A stretch of DNA of 64,000 bases from Octopus vulgaris (GCA_951406725.2 OX597817.1:126790001-126854000); one strand, 5' to 3'. Positions 11,896 to 26,815 are shown, numbered from the stretch's first letter. Notes: generated by a model not told the origin, from the letters alone. Numbers and translations are program-made.

Positions 11896-13256
11896 AATAA
11901 AATATGCTTGCATACGTATGTGTGCGCGTTTATGTATATGCGTGCGTGGTTGTGCATGTATGTGACTATGTGTAGACAGATTCTTATTCCCAACAGTTCT
12001 ATTAATTTACGCTACTCATATATTTATCTCTTTTCTTTTTCTGAATACGTTTCACCACAATGCTATTTCTTTAATTAAATAATATAACAAATGATGTCTT
12101 TGATCTCAGTTCTTAAGCGTATTGGAAATTCTTTAACCAACATAATTGTTTATTTTACCATATCTTTCTATTAATAATTGTTCAGTTTTCAAAGATGAAG
12201 AGAGAAAAAGAGAATATGTCATTCGAGTGATAAAACAAGTGAAAAGCTAAATTACGTTCATTAAAATAAATAAAGCAGAAGGTGATTTATTAAAATTAAA
12301 AAGAAACGAAATCATTAATGTTGATTTCATTTTTTTCTTCGTCATCTTTATGTTTATCACAAGCAAATCCAGGATATTACCTCAACCATTTTCTCTATAA
12401 CAAGTTCCAGGCAGTTCCCTTATCCTCTTTGCTCGGTCTTCTGCGCAAGGGATGTCGGAATTCGCTTGCTTCATTTCTTCTCACTATAAGAAAAATATAA
12501 GTATTCAGGGAAAGCGATAGTAACACAAACACAGACGCGCGCGCACACTCACGTAAATATAAACTGTGACATAGTATATGCTAATACTATTTGCTAATAA
12601 ATTTTCAATGCTTCATATACATGTGAAAAGAAACTACCAATTTACTGCGTACCGTGTAAACATCTTAGATTTTCCGCACATTTATTAACAAATTTCCGAC
12701 AAATTACATATATTTTGTGTGTATATCTATGTGTGCGCGCGCCTCTGTGTGTATGTATGGATGTATTGTAAGTGGGAGATTGTATTTTTAAACTACTTTA
12801 TCAATTTGATATTAATATTTTTCTTGAACGCCTTTCTTGATACAACCTTGATTCTACTAGAATTAAGAATTGTCACGATCCCTGTCTCTACGATTGTGCA
12901 CAATATCTAAGTCAGACAGAAAAATATATCGAGGTAGTCAGCACGTTTTTAAAATACGTCACATCGGCGGTTCCTCTAAAGTTTATAACCCATACGAGAA
13001 TGTATAACTTTTTCTTTAGTCAAATTCATTATCACGTTTTATTTTAATATTTAGAAGTGTGAGTCAGACTCAAAATACATCAGTCTAAATTGAGTATTTG
13101 CTCAGATGCCCAACGCACAAATATCAAAGTCTAATTCCTAGTGACGATGTGGATTATTTCATGTATTTAGCCATACACTGTAACTCTCTGAAACGAAATG
13201 TTATGTCTTTTTTTAATAATGGTATACCACTCCCCCGGGACGAATGAAATAATCTG

Positions 13257-14643
13257 GTCACTCTAAGTAAAGAGATTACTAGTAGGCGGTTAGAGATAGT
13301 TGTGTCTTTACTGGTTTTACTAGATATACTGTATATCGAAGTGGACCTTATAAAAATTCAACATTATTAAAGATAAAACAGTAGCAACGAGGATAAACCA
13401 ATTCACGTGTTGTTAATAGAAACTCGAAGAGGAGTTAATAAACTTGATGAAGAATTTAAAATCTCACGAGGAATTAACGACTCATGAGTCGTTAACAAAC
13501 GCACAATGTTTATGTTGGGCGAATTTTACGAAAATAATTGTAAAATTATGGAAAATTTGTTGGCCGGTTTGCTCGAGTTACACAAACAGCAACAGCACAC
13601 CAGCAACTGAAAGAACAACAGCAGCAGCTAAACTGCAAGAACAACAGTTGAGTTAACAAGACCACCGACGACACCTGAAAGAATAGCAAATGCTGCAATT
13701 ACTGAAGTCGTCAGGAAATTCAGAAAAAAGAGTGTTATCGTCCGACTATGCCCGCTAACTCCATAACAGAGTTCAAATAGGAACCTTTGAATAATACTAC
13801 AAAAGATATGAGCAAATATTCAGGAAAGAATGTAATGATTGGGACCACGAGATTAAAACGCGCTTAATCTTGGGATATCTGGCGACTAGAGTATATGAAC
13901 GATACAGTAATATTTTTACTTCCGAGAAAACCTTCAGACATAAACTGTTATGACATAACTGATATGTTGTGTAAAGTTTTCAGTGAAAAATGCTCATTGT
14001 TCACCACACATTGGAAATATCAGAAAATAGAGAAAAACTTCGACTTGGACTACATCACATTAATAGGGAATGCGAGAAGTTTAAGCTGGACGAAGTAACG
14101 CCAGATATGTTCAAATACCTGCTTTTTACACAGTGACTAGCTGTCGAAAAGGACGCAGAAGCTAGAACTACAATTCTGGCAAATCTGGAACAAAACCTGG
14201 ATGTAACCCTACAGCAAGAGTTAGAAAAATGTGAGAGGATAGTCAAATTAAGATATTACCAGGGGAAATTGAACGTAAAGATTGTTTCCAAGTAAAACAA
14301 ATGCGAAATAGTCAGAACAGAGATAAGTAGTTTTGTAAACAACATGACAAGAATCAGAAAATAAGTCCATGTTTTGTATGTGGAGGTATACATCTGAGGA
14401 ACATTTGTCCATTTAAAAAAAGCGGAATGCTTTTGTTGTGGAACAATAGGATATTTAAATACTCACTGTAGAACGAATATGATAAAATGACACAGCCTCA
14501 CACTTGACGAATGAAATAACGTAGTCACTATGCGTAAAGAGAGTACGTAGTAGGCGGTCAGAGATAGCTGTCTCTTTACTGGTTTTACTAAGTATTCTGT
14601 ATTCCGAAGTGGGCGTTATAATAATCCAACAATGTTAAGGATA
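13257..14643 (+). mobile_element. decayed Gypsy-type LTR retrotransposon, gag only, short LTRs
   Basis: Direct repeats at ~13257-13375 and ~14524-14643 (gtaaagaga.tac.tagtaggcggt.agagatag.tgt.tctttactggttttacta). PBS-like gtagcaacgagga at 13381. Gag-like peptides CEKFKLDEVTPDMFKYLLFTQ..DAEARTTILANLEQ and two zinc knuckles CFVCGGIHLRNIC / CFCCGTIGYLNTHC at 14370-14470. Confidence 0.85.
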
Positions 14644-15779
14644 TAGTGAACATATTTGGAAGTGCAATTTAAAATTACCTTCAGCGCGTCATGCAAACCT
14701 TCCGAATGACTCTGCACTGAGATAATTGTAATGATAATTGCATGTAATTTGTCATCTGTAAAACTTTCTTTTCAAATCCTTTGAATTAATTTGTCACAGA
14801 AGTATTTTCTTTCAAATGGATAAAGTTCAGTTAATATTATCTCATTTGTCCTTTCATAACAAGGAGCATTTATGCTAGCTCATTCAAGGATGTGGTGCAT
14901 TAGAGAATTTTTATTCGTGAATTATTGATTTCATTTTGTTACTATGAATGACAATCGTTTCGGATTAAACTTTTTTTAAAGGTATAACTCAAATTTATCA
15001 CAAACGATTTATTAATTGTAAAATAAACTCCTCAAAGGTCAGAGTACAAAAATGCACTGTTTTGCTGCTGCCAAATTTAAAGGATGTGAATGTTCATAAA
15101 ATACTAAATATAATAGGAAATATCAAGAAATAAAATGCACGTGAAAGAATTTCATTTGTAGCTGCAAAAATCTAATATCATCGCATTTTATGGCCGCAAC
15201 TCAGTTTTAGTTTGGGCAGCAGCTAATATTAAACTGAAGTTGTTAATTCATCGATTATGTTTTAATATGAAACATTTTTCTAATGCTACGAAGTAGTATT
15301 TTTTGAAGGAAAAAAATTTAATATTGCAAAAAATATTCCAATGCGATTATTTTTTATCAGCATTGAATATTTTCTACAGGTGATGTGACAGAATGGAATA
15401 TTGTTTAATTTTAAAACGTTCAAACTCAAACGGAATAAAGGGTGATTAAAGTATTATTAAAATGAGAGGAATTCGTCTCCATAATATAGCTGATATAACT
15501 GTCGACCTTGATACTTGCTGACCAAAGCTGCTGAATATTGCAACAAATTTGACGATCTTGATCTTTTACGAAATCGATTCCACAACTCAGAATCAGCCAT
15601 TGATCACATGTCATTTACATAACAACTTACGCAAAGAGACGAAATTAACTGATTGGTAATTTTAGCCACTAGACTTTGGGCATGAAGTTGTTTAAAGATT
15701 TTCCTAGCAATTGTCCTTTTATCATTCGAAGTTTGCAATATATTTCATCACGTTTTGCTATATTTTAATCTCAGAGATT

Positions 15780-16132
15780 TGTTTCCCTGCCGCATGGTTC
15801 AGAGTTCAGTCCAACTGCTTAGTACCTTGGCCAAGTGTCTTCTATTATAACCTTTGGCCAACCAAAGCCATGTGAATGTATTTGGTACTCGGAAACTGAA
15901 AGCCCGTCGTATATATTTACATGTGTGTGTGTTTGTGTGTGACTTTGTGTTATATTTGTCACACCGTCATCGCTTGACAACCGATGTTAGTACATTTATG
16001 ACCCCGTAACTTAATGGTTCGACATACAGGACGATAGATTAGGTACTAGGTTCACAACGAATAAATCCTGGTATCGATTTCTCCGACTGATAAAACTCTG
16101 TAAGATGGTGCTCAATTAAAAAGATAAAAGAG
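15780..16132 (+). mobile_element. tRNA-derived SINE family A, near full length
   Basis: B-box-like gagttcagtcc, then ccttggccaagtgtcttcta...aaactgaaagcccgtcgtatat, internal TG repeat and 3' body colinear with the 42100-42482 copy. Confidence 0.85.
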
Positions 16133-16644
16133 AATATGAGTGTGTATGTGTATATATATATATGTATGTGTGTATGTATATATTATGTATGCACATGTTT
16201 GAGTCGATATTATATATTCTAATGATGTTATTTTATGTTTACAGAATAAACTTGGCACATATATCTAGCTGGTTGAGCATCTCTGCTGAGGCTTGGCAGC
16301 AAACTAATTTAACTTAAAATAAATATTTTGTGCAGTAACATAACATTATAATTGCAGAGAAACGTTGTCCTCTACCACACCTACATTTTCTTCTTGAAAT
16401 GTTAATTTTAAAAGCCTAATAAATTACATTACAGAGAAGTCAGCGATTACTATTACTCGTCTTTTCTTTTAGCTTTTGCTGGTATCCTATCTGGTTTTCA
16501 GAGAGAGAAGGCGAGAGTTTGAAAACTTGACAGAGCCAACGTTCGTTTGCGTTTGAGACAGCATGTGTGATTGCGTTCGTGTGTATGTTGTCTGTTTTAT
16601 TCAGTATCGTAAGCCATTTCTCATAGATAATTATATTGCTTTCA

Positions 16645-16845
16645 TATTTGGCCTAAGGTGAGCAATTTCGGGGTGGATCTAGGTCGATTACATGGACTCC
16701 AGTTCTCAACTGGTACTAATTTTGTCGACCCAGAAATGATGGAAGGTAAAGTCGTCCGCTGCGGAATTTGAACGCAGAACGTTAAGATGGACGGAAGTCC
16801 GATAAGCATTTTGCTCGACGGGATAACAATTGTGCCAGCTCATCG
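16645..16845 (-). mobile_element. tRNA-derived SINE family B copy
   Basis: Reverse complement aligns with 54443-54657 (gttcaaattccgc..cgactt..cctt.cat..tt..gggtcga.aaa..agtaccagtt). Confidence 0.8.
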
Positions 16846-19800
16846 TTTTGTTTCAGAATGGCTGTATACTATAAACTGTGTAACGATTCACCCGTCATCA
16901 AACGTCCATGTTTGTGTCGGGTTCTGCTCACAACTGTACCTGGCTAGTAAGTTGCATTTTGGCATCGACCAGCCATTGGTGAAACTGGTGCTAAGCTAGT
17001 ACCTTATTTTATAGATTCTAGAAATAGAATGTCATACGTATTTCGGCATTATATACATTGGTAAAGTAAAGAACTAGAGCAAGTAGCAGAAATCCTTTTT
17101 GTGACTCTAATGTAGTTACCCAAATAACAGACGTCCTAAAATATTGCAGCTACTAGCGAAGAAATTAAAGCAGTATTAATTTTGACAGTTTCATTTTAAT
17201 CTTTCCGTTAAAAAAATAAACTACACAGTGCGTATTTGAGACTAATCATCAGGAATGAATCACCAGATTAAATTCTCAATTGAAATACTTGCCCACACAC
17301 AATAACTGAGCCTGATACACAACTTCAAAGAGTAATACATCATTCAACATGCTGTATAAGGGACTACTTCAAGAATTTCTTACGCAGATGAGAAATTAGA
17401 AAATATGACATTTACTTCGTGAACACTTTAAGTGATGGTATTTTCGTCGATCTTAATCGAGAACCGTCACTTGTTTCACGAAACGGATTAGTAATAATAG
17501 AAATTATGGTGAATTTGTTGACAATACAGTGCAACTATGTTGTTTTATCGCAAATCTGAGGATGATACATTGTGATACATTGTATCATATTTGTACATTT
17601 GGAATGCTGTTACAAAAATGAAAACGAAAACAATCTCTCGACCCGGCGTAATACTAATTTATTCTTATACTCCGAAAACATTATGTGCAATGTTGAATTT
17701 AGTGGTATTTTATGACATGTATTTAGAGAGTACTCTACAAATGTATTCTATCTAACGCGTTAGCCTTTCTGCCAATTTACTGTCATGCCATCAGTATGCA
17801 ATAACAGTACCATTAATGGAATATTAAGTAGTGCACATTGGGATATATATCAAGAATCTTCTGAAACCGATATTACTCGGAAATGCCTATTCTGGGATGT
17901 TTTTTTTTTACCCATGATTGCTTGTCAGAGTTTTAAACTATTTTTCCTTGAACAACCTTAGTTACATGTCCATAGATATCTAATTTCAATTCTAACTTAT
18001 TTTTTAATTAAATGAATCCTCACTAATACTTAGAATGTACAATCTCCTCAAACATTTTAGGAGATCTATTCATAATTATCTCATTGTCATTCAGAGAAGT
18101 TATGCCTGAAAATACCGCAACTTTAATGCAAACGAGGAAGTTACAAAATATCGACTTACTTGATCTACATTATTTGAATGTGGAATTTAAATCAACTTAC
18201 TTCAAAATGTTAGAAAGTATTATCCTAGAATACACCTAACTCATGATATCAACTAATGTGATTACTCGAAACTTTATAAGATTCAGAACATCATTTTAAG
18301 ATGTAGATGTGGATCTCCCACAATCTCTTCGAAGTCAAACACACGGCTAATGGTGGATGGTTAGAGGTTGTCCTAAATCCCAACTATATTTCAGTCATTT
18401 TTTGATAATTATGATTTGAAGCAGAACATATGGATGCCACATATATTCCGTGTTATCTCCCCCGGTATAACATATCGTGACAGTATGTATATCAGAAATG
18501 AATCGGACTTCATTTACCAGTTTATTTAATTTCCTATATACAACGAACTGAATAAAATAGATGTTTCTTGTTTCAGAAGAAAGTCAAAAGAATTCTATGA
18601 TCAATATTTTATTCTTTATGGGCAAATCATTTAATGATCATATTTATCACATTTACTCGTGAGACATACTATAATTAATATCAGTACTTTAAGTTTTAAT
18701 TATTGTATTACTGGTTTCTATTACAAAGCCGAGCTCATAATCGCAGAAGCTATAGAATAAAATAATAGTCAGGCGCCGATAGGTTATTCATTTAAAATGA
18801 CATAATGTAATTTAGTGTTATCTTTATAGTACTGAGAGTATATACGATATGCAGGTTTTTTTTTAAATTTATGATTTAAATATTTTTAATACAAAGATTA
18901 ACGATTGCCAATAATGAAAGGTTTCTTCTATCATCACTACTTTTAATAATTAATCAAATTCATTATTCGATTCATGAAAAAAAATTGTTAGCTTAGCTGA
19001 ATTTTTATATCGTAATCTTTATTTCATTCACACGCTTTTCTGCTACCGGTTGTTATTGCAAATTTATTAACATTAAAAATAAAACTTAGGAAATTAGAAA
19101 TTTACATCATAAAATTTCTTCAGAATCTCTCGTTGTTAAATCTAACTTTTTGATAATTAGAAGTTTTATGAGTAATACGAAAAAATAAGAAATAAAAGAA
19201 AAAACTTCCTAATTGAAGAATTCATCGTTGCATAGATTTATTTATTTTCCTAAACGTTTTGCACATTTCCAAAATTATCTTAATTTACCCTTTGTTATTC
19301 TAACCTCACTAAAATTATATTTGCCAAAATCTAGGAATAGCTGCATAAACATACATGCAGTATGTATCAAACTTCAGCGCCGTAAACACCTATATTTGAA
19401 TTATATCTTATAATGGTCATTTATTACGTATGCGTCAACAGATTCTTTAAACAACCTGTTTGAAGACGTTGAAATTTAAATGTTTATTGAGTGTGCTCGT
19501 GGCAGTTGCAGAGACTAATATTTCAAACACCCTAAATTCCCAATTTCGGAATAGTTTGAGAACATGACGAAATACAATTACACTTCCATATATGTACAAT
19601 ACGTGGAAATACCAATTACATTTCCTTCATGTGTATTTTCAGAAATAATTTCTCACCGATTTTATTCCACTATCAAGAGACTCATAAAATGCTTAAATTA
19701 TCAATTCTAATGTATTTTTCTACCACAGCGTTTAAAAATTGTCAAATAATTACCACAGTTTAAGAAAAACACAAATAGAGTGATTAAAAGCAACAAAATA

Positions 19801-20042
19801 TCAATAAACAAACTTTTGATACTTAGTACTTAATATTTCAAGCTGAAATGATTACCTAACGTTGTGCTTAAATGCAAAACATGAAATGGATTTGCCTAGG
19901 CCACGCACGCTACCAAAAAGAAAGATAGCAGCAATAGGGATTCAATGTATTATCAAATATATCTCTGTTCAGCATTAGGTAATCGTATAAAAACAAGTAA
20001 CAATTTATTTGGAGATCAGGTTATATATACATGTATACGCAG

Positions 20043-20089
<47 letters not shown>

Positions 20090-20111
20090 CATACATTTTA
20101 TATACATATAT

Positions 20112-20191
<80 letters not shown>

Positions 20192-20221
20192 TTGTGTGTG
20201 TCTAAGTATGTATCCATAGTG

Positions 20222-20412
20222 AGCTTTCCGAGCTGCCGGAACTCTTTCCCGATTCTCTGCACTCTCCTCAGATTGACACCCCCAAACTCTGAAATATTTG
20301 TATTGGAGCTTCTGGCGTGAATGCCAAGCAATAGAGCTTGTCGCTTCCAAATCTCTGTTAGAGTGAATTGTCATTGTGCTGTTTTTCTCACAGATGGTGC
20401 CCAACTGACCCT
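20222..20412 (-). mobile_element. Tc1/mariner-superfamily-like 5' fragment (HTH)
   Basis: LLGIHARSSNTNISEFGGVNLRRVQRIGKE resembles a transposase HTH (I...lgV...TV.Ri.K); truncated by a microsatellite. Confidence 0.5.
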
Positions 20413-20503
20413 ACTATACTCTTTAGTCGACAAAACCAAAAACAAACAATGCATGAAAATAAAAATATAAAATACCAGAAACTTACCCATTGCATCCTGT
20501 ATA

Positions 20504-21230
20504 TATTGGGTCATCCCATAAATAATGCAGTTTTTTCAATGACATGGACTAAAAGTCAGTGAGAGATGCGATAAAATAAATGCATCAAGTTGATGTAAGA
20601 CCAGGTAGTAATTTTACCATTTCCTTATTCTTAGTGTAAGTGTTGAAGAGTGCAGTTCGATTTTAAGTTAGTCTTTTAAAGCTATAATAGAAATGACAAA
20701 AGAATGTATTCGGCGTATTTTACTTTATGAGTTCAACAATGGTAACAACGCAACAAAAAGTGCGAGAAATATATGAGGATAGGACAATAAGCGAAAGACA
20801 GTGACAGCGGCGGCTCCAGAAATTCCGAGCCGGAAGCTATAGCCTAGAGGGCACGCCTCGTTCTAGATTATCTGTAGAGTTCGACGAGGCCATCCTCCAA
20901 AAACTGGTGGAATAAAATCCCAGCATAACTGTTGAGGAACTTGCAAAGAAGCTTGGATCTGGTCGTCCAACCATTCATCGATACCTGCATGCCATCGGAA
21001 AAGTCATTAGATTGGGTCACTGTGTTCCTCACAAACCTTCCGAGTCTAGTGGCGTGCAGAGAGTGAATGTGTGCTCTTCTTTGCTGTTACATCTCACGAA
21101 TGAACCTTTTTTTAACCGAATAGTGATTGGTGATTAAAAATAGGTTCTCTATACAAATGTCAAACCGAAGAAAGTGGGTAGGAAAAGGAGAAACACTGGC
21201 GTCTCAGGCTAAAGAAACTCTTCAGTCAAG
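20504..21230 (+). mobile_element. mariner transposon relic, 5' half with left TIR
   Basis: TIR tattgggtcatcccataaataatgcagtttttt, then MTKECIRRILLYEFNNGNNATKSARNI..QKFRAGSYSLEGTPRS..HCVPHKP (WVPHEL)..RIVIGD*K*VLY (TGDEKW). Confidence 0.9.
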
Positions 21231-23141
21231 TAAGATCGACTTTGAATTAGCTCTACTTGAATTTCATTCAGACAGTTCCAGAAATATATATGTTCATCTA
21301 TACTTAAAAAAGTATGTTGAATTGTTTTTGATATACTTCCTAAAATCTCTATTATTTGTCAGCAGCTTTATAAAAGATCCCCAAAAATTACTGAATATAT
21401 TACATCTATTTATGTCTAAAATGTCCAATTATAAAAGGACGAGTGAGCGGTATTTACTGTGAGGGGATTAGATACTCATCTTATTAAGTGTCTCGACAGA
21501 CAATGGATAAATTCAGTTCTAGTTGTATTATATCAAATATAGCTGCAGCTTAAATCTAATCATGCGCGACAATAATATAATCTATTATGAGATATCCGAT
21601 AAGGAACTTGTGCATTCATTCTTCTGGCAGTATGAAAGTAACCGAAGTATTTTACTAAAAGCCATATATAGCGAAATTAATTTTATTTTGTTATAAAACT
21701 TTATAAGAAGGAGGTCCAGTTTCATTAACAGTAAATCTAACCATAGAATTTATCAAAAAGCAAAATATGTTGAATCGCACGTGTACAACTAGCATTTCCA
21801 TAGATATTTTACTATCATAGCAATTTTACCATCCTAGCAATTTCATAGCAATTTTACTATGAATATTGCTGTGTAGCAATATACATTGATATACCAAACT
21901 GTTTTTCGATATTGTTGCAGCCAGCTCTTAAATATGCATCGATCTGATGAACATTCTCCACATGAAATATCCGAAAACTAGTTTTTATCACCATATACAT
22001 GCCTAGATTTAAAACAAAATTATCGAAAACTTTGTCTAAAAGATAAATGTTTTGATAATCACAAAGTGATATATTCCGCCTGCTCTGTTCAATATCTATT
22101 ACATATTATAAAGAATCAAAGGTATAGACAAGCGTTTCTAAAGCCTTCAAGCATTCGTTACATACATATTCCAGTTTAATTTTATTTACACCTTATCTAG
22201 CACCAAAATTACATTCTTAATGTCATACATATAATAATATCTCCAGAAATGTTAAACCAGTCTATAAATGAATTGCAATAAGCATTTAAATACAAACTCA
22301 CATATATGTGTCATTCACAGACATTAGGAATGTTTGACCTTTACAAAAGGATTAATCAATATATGTGTCATATATATAATTGCTTTTTGATGGCGTATAA
22401 CTTAATCTTTGTGGCTAATCTCTATGTTTTAGTTAAACAAGCTTTTTCTCAATATCTCAACGATCGAATACAATTATACTGTCTTGGCAATTACAATATA
22501 TTTTTTTGGCTTAAAACATTGAATATCTTTTGATTTCTATTCAGCATGGCCAAAATGTTATGTTTTCTTTTTGGTTGGTATGATAAATATTTATTTTCCC
22601 ATTTCTTTCTTTATTTTTATCGATCTTTAAAAAAAAGTTTGATTCTTCCAAAATTGTCATCTCTTCAAGATAACATTTTTGGCTCACAGCCATCATTTAG
22701 TCGAGCTAAAGTAGATAACGTAGCGTGCATCCATTTCTTATGTGTGAGAAATATCGAGAAATATATTCATAAAGAAATAAATAGAATATAAAGAACAGAT
22801 TCGAGAAAATAAACACACAGGCATATATGCTTAACATGAAAACATTTCTGTGAAAGTAGACGTAGTGATAGTTTTATAGTAGAATGCCCACGGAAAGCTC
22901 TCCTATAATTGAGGTGCAATAATTTGAGGCAGTATTTAAGCAAGAAAACACATATCCACTCACAGAGGATCCCGAACTAAAGCAACTGAATATATGTAAA
23001 ATTTGTTTGTGTGCAACATGACAAGGCCATTTAAACTCCCGTGTATTATTAAACGTTGGTGTAAACATTTGAAAGGCTGGTGTACATACCTATTTATATA
23101 CAGGCACACATGCAAATAATTTTAAATTACATCTGGCGTTG

Positions 23142-23313
23142 CCAGTGATCACATATGGAGACGAGGCAATAAGTAACATGCCTCGTGCCTATATGTTATA
23201 ATTTTTCGAATCGTCAGCGCAAATGTGGAACTATCCGGCAGTAAATATATTGCCGATTTTCTTTCGAAATTAGGCCTGTTACTTATTGCCTCGTTCCTAT
23301 ATATGATCCCTGG
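23142..23313. mobile_element. MITE-like element with ~42-bp terminal inverted repeats
   Basis: ccagtgatcacatatggagacgaggcaataagtaacatgcct (23142-23183) vs reverse complement of 23272-23313, ccagggatcatatataggaacgaggcaataagtaacaggcct. Confidence 0.8.
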
Positions 23314-23579
23314 TATCCTGCTGATGAAGCAACGACAGATGGAAATTAAACTTTATATAACATTGCAGGAATGAGGCATAGTCATGGAAAAATAGGGTAA
23401 ATGTTTTTTATTTTTCATTCTCTTTCAGAATTGAAAATAATTAGTGGCTTGGAGTTTTAACTGCTTTTTGTAGTGAGTCAGTTATCCTATTACTGGTCAT
23501 CTCTTATGTGTTTAAATGTACACTGTATTTTTCTATGTACGTATGTATATATAAAGACCTTTTTTCAGTTTAGTTTCCG

Positions 23580-23691
23580 GCACAAGGTTTTGGTTGGCCC
23601 GAGGCTATATTAGAAGACATTTGCCCAAGGTTCGACGCAGTGGGACAGAACGCAGAACTATGTAGTTGGTAAACAGGCCACTTACAACACA

Positions 23692-23695
<4 letters not shown>
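23580..23695 (-). mobile_element. SINE family A, 5' tRNA-like head
   Basis: Reverse complement tggctgtgttgtaagt...gcgttctgtcccactgcgtcgaaccttgggcaaatgtcttcta matches the head of the 42100-42482 copy. Confidence 0.8.
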
Positions 23696-23777
<82 letters not shown>

Positions 23778-25846
23778 ATGTACTGATCCGTGATAAGAAA
23801 TTCAATGAAAGAAGTACGTTGGAGTATAAATGGCTTCGTCATATTGCACACTAGCATAAATAAATTGGTTTCTCGTTCAAAAATGCGAAAATAATGCGAA
23901 AAGTAAATTTATGAGAGTAAAACCTCCATATATAGCGCCATAATCTTTTCCTGGGTGACATTTTATTATGTGTACTTGCGTTATTATGTGTATTTGCGGT
24001 ATTATGTACAAGCAACACAGCTTTACTACTGACTAATGACATTTAAAAATGAAAGTGCATGAATATTGAATAGTTGGTAATTTATTCTTTCAATTGTGAA
24101 ACACCGCCAGTTGTGAATTGGTTTGGGAGACACTATTGAGTCAATGAGTACATAATGCAACATTCCTCATACAGAAACATTAAATTCTTGAAATAATCAC
24201 TCACATTTTAAATTTATATATATATATAAATGTAAGTATATATAAATAAACGTAAGTATATATAAATTTAAAATGTGTGTGATTATTTGAAGAATTAAAT
24301 GATACATAGATAGACAGATAGAGACTAAAGTAGATAGATACACACAAGCATATGTACGCACACACATATTTATTTATATATTCATTTGCTTTTGACATGA
24401 TGTTTATTGCAGTACGAAACTGTCTGAGATATCGTTATAAAGCAGGACGTATGTATATATGAATGTGTTTTCTCTCTCTTTTCGTTGAATGAGTTTTAAG
24501 CGATTTCTTCTTATATTTCTTTAGTTTTTGTTGGGGTTTATATTTTTACTTGTTATTTTGATATTTTGTAATTCTATTTCGTTTGATAAAAGAAAATGAT
24601 TTGAGCACGAGAAAGATTTTCACTTTCATTATTAATATAAAACAGAAAGTATCATAGATGCAGAAGATTAGAAGTAGTTACCAGATCTTTTGTACTCTAG
24701 AAGACCTACACAGCAACATAAAGAATGAGAAAGAAACAAATAAACAATAGTGTTCCACTTTCAGATATGTAAGGGTGAGAAGAAACATTATATGTAACCT
24801 GTATAAATCGACTTCACTGACCTCATTTGTGTTCATACAAGAGGAAATATCCGTTTGGAGGAAGCAACGACTGAATAGAAATGGATAAACAAAATATTTC
24901 TATTAACGATTTTTTTCCGTTTGCATATTTGGTGCGCATGTGATCATTTCACCAGATACTTGTTTATAATGCCGGTAGCATCAAGGGGAATGTCGGTTTC
25001 ATGCTTTTGGATGAATTATACAATTTTTTAACAATACTTCAGCATTGAAAGCAGTTATAAAGAAAAGTTAAATGTATTCTCGGACTACACATATCAATGC
25101 TGTTATAATGATAACAATGGTGAACATGTTGTAAAGACGATTTCTTTATTTGCCGAAATCATGTATTTCCAAACCATTGCGTTTGTCTTTTAACTATTTC
25201 CTGATTAGAAATATTCATTAAAGAGTGACCAGCCAATTTATTTACTTGGTGGTCTCGCCATTTGAAGTTTACGTCACTTTTCACTAAATTCGGGATATCA
25301 AACTTAATCACACTACAACACGTTATTTCAAATAAGACGGTATGCACTATTAGATAAACACACGAAATCCCTGCAAAAACATATGATAGATCCACATGTA
25401 TTTAGATCATAGGTAAGTTCTCTGTCATATCCAATCAACTACTAAACAAAAATTACAGAAAGAAAATTAGTGTTATGCTCCATTTGACCATAAAGCCATA
25501 AAGTCATAAAACCTTGTATTTTGTTCGGAGACGTATGTCTACTTCTCTTTCTGTTCTTTCATGCTCCGTTTTCATTAAGCCGCCCACTGTTTCTATCTTC
25601 CTGTATTTCTCTCACCATTTCTCTTTTATGAATCTCCTGTTTGGTAAACTGAAAACATCATGCACTCAGAAGACTCAAGATTGTTCGAAAACAGAAATCA
25701 TGTCATACAAAACCAGCCTAGGCACTGCGTCACCAATGGAAGTGAAACTATTGGTAGCTCATATCTTCATACACGCTATATCAAATGATATTCATCTCTT
25801 TCTGGATGTAGTACATATAATTTTGTCGATCTTACTTAGCAGAACA

Positions 25847-25920
<74 letters not shown>

Positions 25921-26815
25921 TATATATATATACATTCATACATGTGTTTGGGTTTGGATGGGGTCGTTCTGGAATAATGCAGTACATATACATAGAAATA
26001 TTTATACATCTTTGTCGAAAAAGGAATTTTATATAACCGATTTCAATATTTTTATCCCATCGTTTATTATTAACTCAACATTATATATTATCTGCCCCTT
26101 CTTTGCATTTACATATATATAGATAGGCGTATACCCTTAACTGAGTATAGTGCAGCTGGAGAGTAAGTACAAACTATTCAATTGTAGATGCATGTTTGAA
26201 CGGGGAAGGCTCAGAATGGCATGATTAGGTGAGATAAAATTATTATTGAGATTGCTATACTATTTTCCTTGCGACAGGACATTTTCCAGTTAATAGGACA
26301 ATCTTTTATAAATAATACTCCACTGACTTCTTATCTGTAGAATATTAATCAGTAAGAAAATTCTCAATAAAATGTGAAGTATATTATTCGAGATTAGGAA
26401 TAGTAAAACGTGTATATAATCATCATTTATGCTCGTAGTTAATACTTATAATTTCTTGAGTGGGTGTGCTGAATGCTATGCAGGATTACACCAACCGACG
26501 TGTTGTGCGAAAGCTGCTAGAAGTATGCAAATTATTCATGTATGTTCTGTAGGTTTAATCCGCACATACATCATGTACATAGAAGTATAATTATTCATGT
26601 TCAGAAATCTATAAGACATTTATCTGTTCTATACAGGTTTCACAACCAACGACTTGTAGATTAGGCAGAATTATGTATATATAGACATATATACGTATAT
26701 ACAAATATATCTACATACACACGCACAGAAGTATACATATACATACATATATGTATATATACATATGCGTGTGTATTTGTAGATATATATGTATGTATGT
26801 ATGTGTGTATATGTG

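Noticed and set aside
21944-21985. ctgatga...ccgaaaactagtt hammerhead-like spacing
   Set aside because: No convincing stem I or stem II in this copy.
25514-26122. 202-aa ORF
   Set aside because: It runs through a (TA)n tract (YIYIYI) and has no recognisable motif.
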